From NCBI GenBank assembly GCA_028279685.1, contig JANQNG010000002.1, forward strand, positions 11,922 through 75,921: a DNA stretch of 64,000 nucleotides, read 5' to 3'. The notes beneath the pieces are model-generated. The model worked only from the letters and a program-made list of their open reading frames with translations. It did no database searches and was not told where the DNA came from. Below are positions 49,375 through 58,211 of this stretch, in pieces. How positions within the stretch are numbered: position 1 is the first letter of the stretch; every line of letters starts with the position of its first letter. The stretch is from Candidatus Nanoarchaeia archaeon. GTDB lineage: Archaea; Nanobdellota; Nanobdellia; Woesearchaeales; SKIA01. A program made the translations under genes and the position numbers.

Positions 49375-50627
49375 ACTACCACCTTCTCATACATAGCATC
49401 AATATGTTTACTTAGTTTCTTTTCTGTCATATTCGGTATGTTTTTTGATAGAAAAAAAGGTTTAATGTATTCTATCTCTTTTTGCAGACTACGCACTGTT
49501 TGATAAGCTGCATCAATAGTAAAACAAACATCAAACTCAGTTGAATTTCTTTCACTTTCAAAAGATTTTGACACATCACATCTAGAAAAATCATGAAAAT
49601 GCTCTTTAAAATATGCTATTTCTCTTTTCATTTTGTTATGCATCATTCCCACTTTCGAATCATAAGGTGAAGCAATAAGATAATCATTTACTGTACGAAT
49701 AAACGTTCTTAGTTTCGATATATACTGTCTGGTATTTTCTAATGCGCTTTGAAGGTCAGTACAACTGTTCTTTTGATCCTTGTATAATCTCTCTCTATAT
49801 TGTTCTGTTCGAGGATCATGAAAGTTTATTATTCTATATGCTGCTTCGAGAACTTTTTCAGCAGGATTTAATAACTCATACGAAGCACATAATTCTTGTT
49901 GTCTTTCGATGAAATCTTTAATTTCATTAACTAATACTTTACTAGTGATGTTAGATATAGATGTCTTCGCACTCATCATTCTATTATAATTCTCGCCAAG
50001 TGATGTTGATTCTGTTGTTTCCATCACAACTTCTTTTTTGGCAGAATCATCAGTAACCCATTTTACTCTTTCTAGAGATATAGATACTTTTTCCGCTCTT
50101 TTTTTGAGTAACGCAATCATGCTCTCCTCAGGACATATATTAGAAGCTATCACATCCTCAATAGTATCTTTATCAATATTATCGATGAATGCATCTATCA
50201 TCAGTATTGCTTTAAGATCATGAATATCAGAAGCGTTCTTGATAAGTGATCTGGCCATTGTACTATTAATCATACTCGAATATTGAGATCCTGCAATATG
50301 AGATTCTATATTGGAAATAGATATATTCTTTTTTCTCTTTGATAATGAATTTCCATTTCGTCTATTTGCAGCATAAGTAAATAAATCAAGAAGATGTTTG
50401 TTATTCGCAAAAAGTATATTCGAAGGTATTTTTTTTTGATCACTTATTCTCTTAAAATAATCGCAAGCGACAGCATTTCGCAGATTATGTGCTCCCACGT
50501 GGCGATGTCTTGATAATTCTGGAGCAAAATAACTTAAAAATAAAGAAGATCCGAGAGGAAGGCTATGATTTACTTCTGCTTTTCTTTCTACTGCTCCTAT
50601 AATATGTGCAATTGTCATAATCATCAC
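49371..50627 (-). CDS. hypothetical protein
   Basis: 418 aa ORF whose stop and start overlap its neighbours (operonic). Confidence 0.5.
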   Translation of the reverse strand: MMIMTIAHIIGAVERKAEVNHSLPLGSSLFLSYFAPELSRHRHVGAHNLRNAVACDYFKRISDQKKIPSNILFANNKHLLDLFTYAANRRNGNSLSKRKKNISISNIESHIAGSQYSSMINSTMARSLIKNASDIHDLKAILMIDAFIDNIDKDTIEDVIASNICPEESMIALLKKRAEKVSISLERVKWVTDDSAKKEVVMETTESTSLGENYNRMMSAKTSISNITSKVLVNEIKDFIERQQELCASYELLNPAEKVLEAAYRIINFHDPRTEQYRERLYKDQKNSCTDLQSALENTRQYISKLRTFIRTVNDYLIASPYDSKVGMMHNKMKREIAYFKEHFHDFSRCDVSKSFESERNSTEFDVCFTIDAAYQTVRSLQKEIEYIKPFFLSKNIPNMTEKKLSKHIDAMYEKVVV

Positions 50628-51334
50628 TCTTTGATTTGTAATTCAACTATGCCATTAATCTTATGTAGTGCATTAAGTCCATCTTTCTTGATATCGATAT
50701 TATGTGCATTGAATACTTCATCAACCATTGTTATTCTTTCTTTTACACTATCACATAATCCGTTCACATCACTATAAGCGGGATGAATACGAAGAAGATA
50801 GTCACACAACACCACCATGTGATGCTCTTCAGCAGAGATCTTTTCTAAGTACTTATCAAATGAAAGCTGAACATATTTGTGAATAACATTCTCTGCCATC
50901 TCCTGTTCAATTGATTTCATAGGCTGCCTTCCGCCACGCTGTACTCTTCTGATAAAATTATTGAGCTTCTTTGAGCATGATTGAGCAACATAAGCTGCCC
51001 AATAAGAGGGAGATATGTGTTGTTCCAGAAAATCATAGAGCTGCTTATCTCCATACTCCTGAGCATAGACATCAGACATGAGTAATACTGCTGTGTTCTT
51101 TGAAAAATCAATTTTATCTACATCCAAATGCTTAAGATAATATTTTGATAATAGATGTTCCTCTAATGTAAGCCCCTCTTCTGAGCACTTCTTCGTTGGT
51201 TCAGCTATAATGCCTTGTTCGAAAGATATCTTTCTTTGATAAACACCTCTAGGAATTCTTTTTCCTTTACCCTGTACTTTAATATTATGAGATCTTGCTT
51301 TCAGTAGCTGTCTTACATCAACCATAGCTTTCAC
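50624..51334 (-). CDS. hypothetical protein
   Basis: 236 aa ORF; overlaps both neighbours. Confidence 0.5.
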   Translation of the reverse strand: MKAMVDVRQLLKARSHNIKVQGKGKRIPRGVYQRKISFEQGIIAEPTKKCSEEGLTLEEHLLSKYYLKHLDVDKIDFSKNTAVLLMSDVYAQEYGDKQLYDFLEQHISPSYWAAYVAQSCSKKLNNFIRRVQRGGRQPMKSIEQEMAENVIHKYVQLSFDKYLEKISAEEHHMVVLCDYLLRIHPAYSDVNGLCDSVKERITMVDEVFNAHNIDIKKDGLNALHKINGIVELQIKE

Positions 51335-52628
51335 TCGATTTAGTTTTTTTAATACCTTTACCTGATTTTTTCGAAATCTTTCCGGATTTCTTCATAATTC
51401 GTCTAATTTTCTTCAATTTAGTTGCATGTTTTTTCTTTGCATATCTGTTCTTACTAAGAATATTTTTCAATTCATTTCTAGTATCTTTCGTTATCTCATC
51501 AAATTCCTCTTTATGCTGCTTGTAAATTTCTTTCATTGCTTCAATACGCTTATCCCATCTCCATATCCTCGTGCCTCTTTCCACATAATCACCTTTTTTT
51601 ATATCTCCGACATTACCACGATATTCTCCTGCAAGTATTTTTGAGACTATTCCAAGCACTCTCTCTCCTTTATTCTCTGACTGTTGTAATTTTTGATAAT
51701 ACTTTGTAATCAATGAACGATATCTTCTCTTTGGTATTTGTTCTTCAGAAAAGGTTTTCTCTTTCAGCACATTCTTCGTCTTAATTTTTGTTTCTAGATC
51801 ATCACCAACTTGCTTTTTTGAATCATCATCATTTTTTCCAACAACTTGATATTCTCCCAGTCTTTTTCCATCTCTACCAATAATCACTCTTTCTTTCAAT
51901 TGAGTCACAATATCTTCTTTTTCCTCATCATCTGGAGTAAAATGACCTTCTTCTATGATATTCAAAGGAATATGTTCATAGCGATTTCTTATTGCTATTC
52001 TCTCTCCTTCTTGAATTTGAGGATACGCTATATTCATTGTCGCATATGGTGTGTCATTATGTTGGTTCATCACAAGACCGTAAGTATACTCAAGATAATA
52101 TTGTTCGCCATCCTCCTGCTCAACAGGAATATCTTTGAACATCCTATAATCAGTAAGAAAATTTTCAAATGTTCTGACATCCCTGCCAGAGAAAAAATTA
52201 GAAAATTTTCCATGAGAATGAGCCCATCCTGCAATTCGTTTATTGAGATTATGTTTAATATCTCTCTCTGATGTAATAGCACCTCCCCCTGATATTGTAC
52301 AATATCCTGGATAGACCGTCTGATCATGTGCAATATACGCATCATTGATAACAGGTTTTCCTTCTCTAACTGTATCTTTCTCCGCAAGAAGATAAATTGC
52401 CATTTCATGCGAAGGTAAATGAGCCTCTTGAGTTATATTCCCAAATGCACTAATAATATGTTCAAGTTTTTCTTTCGCATAAGCTGTTATATTAATTCCT
52501 TCAGCAGCAAAAGCATTAGCATGCTCTCTTATTTCAGCATTTTCCTCATCAACAGTAGTATATCCAAGCATTATTTCACCTTCTTGCATTACGTTCAACA
52601 TAGATTCGTTGAGGTAATTCCGTAGCAT
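51318..52628 (-). CDS. JAB/MPN (JAMM) metalloprotease-domain protein with a long C-terminal extension and Lys-rich tail
   Basis: Complete JAMM motif: E (SHEMAIYLL) ... HSHGKFSNFFSGRD (HxHx7Sx2D). The C-terminus is KKKHATKLKKIRRIMKKSGKISKKSGKGIKK. Confidence 0.75.
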   Translation of the reverse strand: MLRNYLNESMLNVMQEGEIMLGYTTVDEENAEIREHANAFAAEGINITAYAKEKLEHIISAFGNITQEAHLPSHEMAIYLLAEKDTVREGKPVINDAYIAHDQTVYPGYCTISGGGAITSERDIKHNLNKRIAGWAHSHGKFSNFFSGRDVRTFENFLTDYRMFKDIPVEQEDGEQYYLEYTYGLVMNQHNDTPYATMNIAYPQIQEGERIAIRNRYEHIPLNIIEEGHFTPDDEEKEDIVTQLKERVIIGRDGKRLGEYQVVGKNDDDSKKQVGDDLETKIKTKNVLKEKTFSEEQIPKRRYRSLITKYYQKLQQSENKGERVLGIVSKILAGEYRGNVGDIKKGDYVERGTRIWRWDKRIEAMKEIYKQHKEEFDEITKDTRNELKNILSKNRYAKKKHATKLKKIRRIMKKSGKISKKSGKGIKKTKSSESYG

Positions 52629-54057
52629 AACTCATAGGACCATCAATGACATTTTTCATTGAATTATAATCAAGTACATGAATCATCTCTCCAACCATGG
52701 CTGCAGCGATAATTTCATTAGACATTACTACACTAGGATTAGGACCATCGCAAATATTTCCCCCTTCTGGAAAACCTTCAAGATCTAGTTGATCTCCTAT
52801 TGAAGAAGTTACACCAGGTATATAGACAGCAACTTGCCCTGCTTTTGGATGTGTTCCTCCATCTATATAAGGTACGTTGTGTTTTTTAGTGAATGTATTC
52901 ATCCAAATTCTTGCATGCTTATTATCTACACATCCAAGCACCACATCATATTGCTTTTTAGTAAGTTCCTTTTCAGAAATTAATTTTATATTCTCTCTCT
53001 TATCTTCTCTAGAAAGCACATCTCCTAATTTTCCATTATAGACATCTGATTTTATCTTATGATCTATATTGCGAACACGCATAGAAAGCACTTCAGCCTT
53101 ATTGTGTCCGATGAAATTTCTCAATTCTGTCTGTCTATTAAGATTTTTGTGTTCTGCAACATCATAATCAACAAAATCAATCCTGCCAATTCCAAGATAG
53201 CGTAAATAAATCGAAGCCCAATTTCCTAATGCTCCCGCACCAACCACCAGCACATTATTCTTTCTATAAGTCGGAAGATTATTCTTTCTTAGATTAGATT
53301 TTAATCCTTTTCTATTCTTACTATATAAGTTATAGATAAGACGATGATTACTTGGAAGATGAGCATCATCATCGTTATACTTAAATGCATATTTCCTCAC
53401 TTCTTCAACAGCTATACCAGAAACAATTCCACTTGTAAAGCCTCCTTGATCCTTTCCATTGAATTCCTCATGTACAAGAGCATCAAGATCAGGATTCTCT
53501 TTAAGCACATTTACTCTTCCTTTATTCTTTGGCCAATAGCAAGCAATAGCGCTTCTATCTTCATCTGATGATAACGAAATAACAGGTATAGGGTTGTTCT
53601 TTCTCCTAAATGCGTAGCGAAGCACTTTTTCTTTCGAAACAACTTCATTTGTAGCATCGATAAGTATATCTGGGTTAAACCCCATGATAAACGCTTCAGC
53701 AAATCTACCATGTCTTTTGATCGTTGGAGGTGTATGGTCAATTTGATGTAATGCCTCAAAAACCATATCACTCTGCTTTTTTCCTGCAATTTTTTCTCTC
53801 TTTCCATAGAGAAATCCTTTGTCTTTTGAAGTAACTGAACGTGAATTATCAAAATAATAAATATTCCTAACACCTAAACCATAAAGTGATGCAAGCACCA
53901 TTTGCCCAAGCAAATTAGTACCCACTACAGCCACTTTTAGCTTATTTACCATCTCCTGCCTTTCATTACCCAGCATACCATCTCCGAATGCAACACTATT
54001 ACAAACATGAATTTCAGAAACCGCATCTACGTCACCCATTCGCATCGACCCCCACAA
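52576..54057 (-). CDS. E1-like (ThiF/MoeB/UBA-family) activating enzyme with two tandem Rossmann/adenylation-like domains
   Basis: The C-terminal active-type domain has VLVVGAGALGNWASIYLRYLGIGRIDFVDYDVAEHKNLNRQ. The N-terminal degenerate domain has VAVVGTNLLGQMVLASLYGLGVRNIYYFDN. Its start overlaps the upstream JAB gene. Confidence 0.75.
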   Translation of the reverse strand: MWGSMRMGDVDAVSEIHVCNSVAFGDGMLGNERQEMVNKLKVAVVGTNLLGQMVLASLYGLGVRNIYYFDNSRSVTSKDKGFLYGKREKIAGKKQSDMVFEALHQIDHTPPTIKRHGRFAEAFIMGFNPDILIDATNEVVSKEKVLRYAFRRKNNPIPVISLSSDEDRSAIACYWPKNKGRVNVLKENPDLDALVHEEFNGKDQGGFTSGIVSGIAVEEVRKYAFKYNDDDAHLPSNHRLIYNLYSKNRKGLKSNLRKNNLPTYRKNNVLVVGAGALGNWASIYLRYLGIGRIDFVDYDVAEHKNLNRQTELRNFIGHNKAEVLSMRVRNIDHKIKSDVYNGKLGDVLSREDKRENIKLISEKELTKKQYDVVLGCVDNKHARIWMNTFTKKHNVPYIDGGTHPKAGQVAVYIPGVTSSIGDQLDLEGFPEGGNICDGPNPSVVMSNEIIAAAMVGEMIHVLDYNSMKNVIDGPMSYATELPQRIYVERNARR

Positions 54058-55388
54058 CCATTATTGTAATATTCTCTTTCATATGTTTTGATAAGATTTA
54101 GCATAGACTCACAAACATCTCTTTTCTGCTCGAGTTTCTTAATTCCGATCACCCAACCAGGAAATACATTATTACTTATCCTTCCATTAATCAAATCATG
54201 AACATCATCAATATATTTTTTCTTTGGCACTAATACATCTAATAATTCATTGAATCTTGTATCAAGAATTGAAGTCTGTTTATTGCGGTGGTCTTTATCA
54301 GACATAATGACGGTTTGTGCATCACATATAACACCATAGACTTCCTCTATTGGATTAAAAGAATTAACCCCTTTGATATTATTAAAATTATGAGAAACAA
54401 TATTTGTTGCTTCATGAATTCTTTTATAGATCGAGTCATAAGTACTATTAAAAAAATCTAATTGTTTTTTCTTATGAGAATTTGTCTTTGCAAATTTATC
54501 TTCTTCTACATACAACGTTCTTTCTCTATTGAAAATTCCTGCTGGAATACCTTTTTTCTTGACCAGATTTTTATCTCTAGTAACAATTATGCGTTCTCTA
54601 ATCTGATTGACCCTTGATTTAATCTGCTGATCAATATCTTCTGTTTTAATACAAGGCACTTGCTCTTCTTCGATCTCTTCAAAAGGAACATTTTCAATTA
54701 GTGTAATTCCATTTCCCTTAGAGTAGCCAATTACTGTAAATGGCCTATCATTATCAGCATTGAATACCATTCCATATGTGTATTGCACCTCTGCAGAACC
54801 GTAAGACATAACTGTTAAAGGATGATTCTTTACCTTCTTAAGATCGAACTTATCAAAAAAACTGGAACGAACCATCTTCTGTTTATTTGGTTCCACTTGA
54901 AGATACGTTTTCCCCTTGTGTTTTACAAAACGCACATCGTCTTCTTTTTCAGTTTCTTGCATTTCAACATCAAGAAACATCTTATTGTCTTCGAGAAAAT
55001 AATTGAATGTTTTTCTATCTCTTTTTGAAAAGAAAGTGGAAATATCCCCATGCGAATGCCCCCATCCAACAACACGCATTCTTAGATTATTCTTGATATC
55101 CCTCATAGAAGTAATCAACCCATCACCTGATATAATACAATAATCAGGATACGCCTCTTGATCATGGGCAATATAGACATCACTAATAAGAGGTCTGTTC
55201 TTTTTTGCTTCTTCTTTTGTAGCAAGCATCAAAAATCCTATCTCATATGTTGGCAGACTTAAAGAAGAACAAATTGCTTTCACTCTTCGTGCAATAAGCT
55301 CACTTTTCATTTTTGCACGAGAAGTAATCCTGATAGGCGAGATCATGCTTTCAATCTTTTTATCTAATGTTGTCTCCCTCATTTTCAA
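54027..55388 (-). CDS. JAB/MPN (JAMM) metalloprotease-domain protein, paralog of 51318..52628
   Basis: VVGWGHSHGDISTFFSKRD is a perfect HxHx7Sx2D. It shares the context DVYIAHDQEAYPDYCIISGDG with DAYIAHDQTVYPGYCTISGGG in the paralog. Confidence 0.75.
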   Translation of the reverse strand: MKMRETTLDKKIESMISPIRITSRAKMKSELIARRVKAICSSLSLPTYEIGFLMLATKEEAKKNRPLISDVYIAHDQEAYPDYCIISGDGLITSMRDIKNNLRMRVVGWGHSHGDISTFFSKRDRKTFNYFLEDNKMFLDVEMQETEKEDDVRFVKHKGKTYLQVEPNKQKMVRSSFFDKFDLKKVKNHPLTVMSYGSAEVQYTYGMVFNADNDRPFTVIGYSKGNGITLIENVPFEEIEEEQVPCIKTEDIDQQIKSRVNQIRERIIVTRDKNLVKKKGIPAGIFNRERTLYVEEDKFAKTNSHKKKQLDFFNSTYDSIYKRIHEATNIVSHNFNNIKGVNSFNPIEEVYGVICDAQTVIMSDKDHRNKQTSILDTRFNELLDVLVPKKKYIDDVHDLINGRISNNVFPGWVIGIKKLEQKRDVCESMLNLIKTYEREYYNNGCGGRCEWVT

Positions 55389-56695
55389 TTCTTAAAGATT
55401 CTTTCCTCAGATATACCATGTTTTTTTGCATAGTCTTTTGCATCATCCTCATTTAACGCAATAGGAGTATAATTAGAGATGCTATGCACAGGAGTCAGCG
55501 TATTACCAATATATCCTGTTGTAATATTTCCTGTTGCTTCCCAGAGCATAAGTGCAACTCTTCGTGCTAATCCTTTATCTTTTATAGAATACTTATGAAG
55601 AAACTTAACATTAAGGTAAGACCATCTTTCCGCACCTGCAAAACAAATTCTTCCACTTGGATAGACAAAAGGATGATTATATGGCATATCACGTAATGTC
55701 GGCTCATTCTTAATAGTAACATATCTATCAGTAATATCTAGTGTTGTACCTACTCGAACACGTTTACTTCCTTCTTTTCCTTCTTCATTGAATGCATAAT
55801 ATTTCCCATCCTTCTCAAGCAAATAAGGCTCAATCTCTGCATAGAACAAATACTCATTATTGCCTCTAGGTTCATATCTTATATTACCTACTTTCTTTCG
55901 AGTTTTTTTTACTTTTTTTTTAGAAATATTTGCATCAATTTCTTTTTCTTTTTTATACAATAATAAAATTTGATTCTTAAATTTTTTACCATGTTGCAAC
56001 GCAACTTGTTCTACATCTGCACGAAGACGCAATCTATATTCATCTGCTAGCTTCTGAAGAGGCATTAATGGCTTAAGCGAATAATCTGTTCCTTTGAATG
56101 TTAAAGTTCCGTTTCTTCTAGCTTTAGAAGAAATAAGTTCATAACATGTACCAGCAATAGTCACAATACCTGGACGAGGAATTAAATCATAAATACGCGT
56201 TTCTATGTTATGTAAGTCATCTAATGCAGGATAACTATTTATTGCTGTATCGATCTTAGGATCTTCAATAACAACTTCCTTCTTTTTTTCTCTTTGATAA
56301 TTATAAATCTTAAAAACATCTTGAATAAACCTATCAAGAGATTGCTCTTTCATAGAACCATAGTAATTTATTTTTTTCGAAACTTGTGAGGATAGTTCTT
56401 TGAGTCTTCTAATAAGTTTAAAATCAATAACCCAACTCATATACTCCTTAAGATCATCTTCATTATCTTTGAATAATTCTCTCTGAAAAAGAGAAAGCTC
56501 ATCAGACTCAAAGAGAGGATATTGCTCCTTAAGATATTTCCATGCATTACCATTTGCTGAAGGAGTATTCCTTTCAATAGTATAGATACGAGAATCTAAC
56601 AACGCAAATGTTTCTCCAGACATCATGAACTTATCTAATATTGTTGGAGCTAAACAAATCTCTTTTTTCATAATACCCCCTCTACAAAAAAGCAC
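55385..56695 (-). CDS. large protein with a C-terminal ubiquitin-conjugating-enzyme (E2/UBC)-like domain
   Basis: MPYNHPFVYPSGRICFAGAERWSY matches the UBC active-site signature HPN[IV]xxxGxIC[LF]xxLxxxW, including the catalytic Cys. The N-terminal ~300 aa has no assignable domain. Confidence 0.5.
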   Translation of the reverse strand: MLFCRGGIMKKEICLAPTILDKFMMSGETFALLDSRIYTIERNTPSANGNAWKYLKEQYPLFESDELSLFQRELFKDNEDDLKEYMSWVIDFKLIRRLKELSSQVSKKINYYGSMKEQSLDRFIQDVFKIYNYQREKKKEVVIEDPKIDTAINSYPALDDLHNIETRIYDLIPRPGIVTIAGTCYELISSKARRNGTLTFKGTDYSLKPLMPLQKLADEYRLRLRADVEQVALQHGKKFKNQILLLYKKEKEIDANISKKKVKKTRKKVGNIRYEPRGNNEYLFYAEIEPYLLEKDGKYYAFNEEGKEGSKRVRVGTTLDITDRYVTIKNEPTLRDMPYNHPFVYPSGRICFAGAERWSYLNVKFLHKYSIKDKGLARRVALMLWEATGNITTGYIGNTLTPVHSISNYTPIALNEDDAKDYAKKHGISEERIFKN

Positions 56696-56704
56696 ATAAC
56701 ATGC

Positions 56705-57184
56705 CTAATCACAGAGCTTGTCCTCAAGGTTCACATACGCTGATGTTCCTCCAGGCACACTTCTTCTGGCAATAAAATCAATCAATTTATACTTCTCTTT
56801 AGCGTTGGTTTCAGAATCAATTTCTTCCTTTGTTCTAATAATCGAATCATATTCAGCAACTCGACCATCTAAATCCAAAGGTATTGGTTCTCCATTATCA
56901 ACTATTGCCTTGATCGAGACCTTGTAGTTATCAGGATCCGCATTCATATCTCTGAACCATTTACTCACTGTATTTGCTACATCTCTTTCTTCCGCATTGT
57001 ACGCTTCATTCAATGCATCTGCTTCTGGATCGATAAGTTTTCTAATCAAATCCTCCACAGTTCCTTCAAGATAAGTCTGTTCAACTTTCTTCACCAGTAA
57101 GACACCCTCATCATTGTCCTTTATCGGGACCATAGCATCAAGAGTGACATATATTGGCTTGTCATCCATAATATCAACCTCCAA
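56705..57184 (-). CDS. small acidic protein; candidate ubiquitin-like modifier precursor (internal Gly-Gly followed by a 13-aa tail)
   Basis: The ORF is robust: 159 aa, the first gene after a hairpin+T8 element, immediately upstream of the E2-like gene. The Ubl call itself is inferential. It rests on the ...ARRSVPGG|TSAYVNLEDKLCD C-terminus and beta-strand-like segments (KPIYVTL, YKVSIKAIV). Confidence 0.3.
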   Translation of the reverse strand: MEVDIMDDKPIYVTLDAMVPIKDNDEGVLLVKKVEQTYLEGTVEDLIRKLIDPEADALNEAYNAEERDVANTVSKWFRDMNADPDNYKVSIKAIVDNGEPIPLDLDGRVAEYDSIIRTKEEIDSETNAKEKYKLIDFIARRSVPGGTSAYVNLEDKLCD

Positions 57185-57228
57185 AAGTTATACTATACTA
57201 ATATCGTAATCATTCATAAGTCTTTACC

Positions 57229-57264
57229 AAAAAAAACCGCAAAATTTCCGTCGAGAAACGGAAG
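57229..57264 (-). terminator. hairpin CTTCCG-N8-CGGAAA followed by T8 on the minus strand, directly after the ATP-grasp stop codon
   Basis: Plus strand reads A8-CCG-CAAAAT-TTCCG-TCGAGAAA-CGGAAG; the TAA stop of 57267..58211 abuts it. Confidence 0.45.
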
Positions 57265-57266
57265 AA

Positions 57267-58211
57267 TTACATTCTATATTTCTTTCCTTGTGCAATATGC
57301 ATTAAGCGTCTTCCTATGAGTCTATTGAAATCATGCATATTCTCAAAATCAGGATGATCAAAGAATTTCCGGTCAATAACTCCGTATCTCCCATCACAAT
57401 CACATTCAATCACATAATTGTTTCTCTCGTGATCCTGTACAATATCAACCACACCAATATCAAATCCAACAGCATCTGCAGCCTGCAAAGCAATCCTCCT
57501 GAGATCTTCTGATGGCTCCATAAACACATAATGCGCTCCTCTAGCGATATTGATAATAGCTTCGCCAGGAGTATTAACATGTTCCTTTTCTCGTATGGTT
57601 CCAAAAGGCACCTCGTCTCCTAGCACATACATTCTCAATACACTTTTGTTAAAATCCCCATTATCTCCTATATATTCTTGCAGAAGATAAGGAGCAGCAA
57701 TAACAGAATCACCTATCTCAACATATCTTTCCTTTTCTACAATATCATATTTTCCTTCGTTATTATAAGCTACATAATTACCATGCTCCTTCATCAATAC
57801 AAAATGCTTATTTCCTGCACAATCATAAGGATACTTCAGCATAGCAATATCTCTTGTACTCATGAAAACATCTATCGCCCTCTTATTAGAGCAAAGCTCA
57901 AAGAAAGGATGGGAAATGTTGTTCTTCTTGAATAACTCATTAGATTTTATTTTATTCATGGCAATCTCTTGAGCACTATATGCGTTTATAATGGGCGTCC
58001 TCTGAGACCACCTCTCAAAATCGAATTTTGGACCGTGCATCATCATATAAGCAACATCATATCCTTCTAGCAGTTCTACATTCCCTTCTGTAAGACGATC
58101 ACATACAAACCCTTCCCTACGTATAGTCTGCTGAAGAGGCTCTACAAAATGTACATCATAATACGTATCTTTCCCCGCAATAATAGCAAATTTCAAACTG
58201 ATCCCCTCCAT
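57267..58211 (-). CDS. ATP-grasp amidoligase (RimK/glutathione-synthetase-like)
   Basis: MLKYPYDCAGNKHFVLMKEHGNY, LLQEYIGDNG...LRMYVLGDEV, and VGFDIGVVDIV...YVIECDCDG (ATP-grasp C-terminal VLEVN-type motif). Confidence 0.6.
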   Translation of the reverse strand: MEGISLKFAIIAGKDTYYDVHFVEPLQQTIRREGFVCDRLTEGNVELLEGYDVAYMMMHGPKFDFERWSQRTPIINAYSAQEIAMNKIKSNELFKKNNISHPFFELCSNKRAIDVFMSTRDIAMLKYPYDCAGNKHFVLMKEHGNYVAYNNEGKYDIVEKERYVEIGDSVIAAPYLLQEYIGDNGDFNKSVLRMYVLGDEVPFGTIREKEHVNTPGEAIINIARGAHYVFMEPSEDLRRIALQAADAVGFDIGVVDIVQDHERNNYVIECDCDGRYGVIDRKFFDHPDFENMHDFNRLIGRRLMHIAQGKKYRM

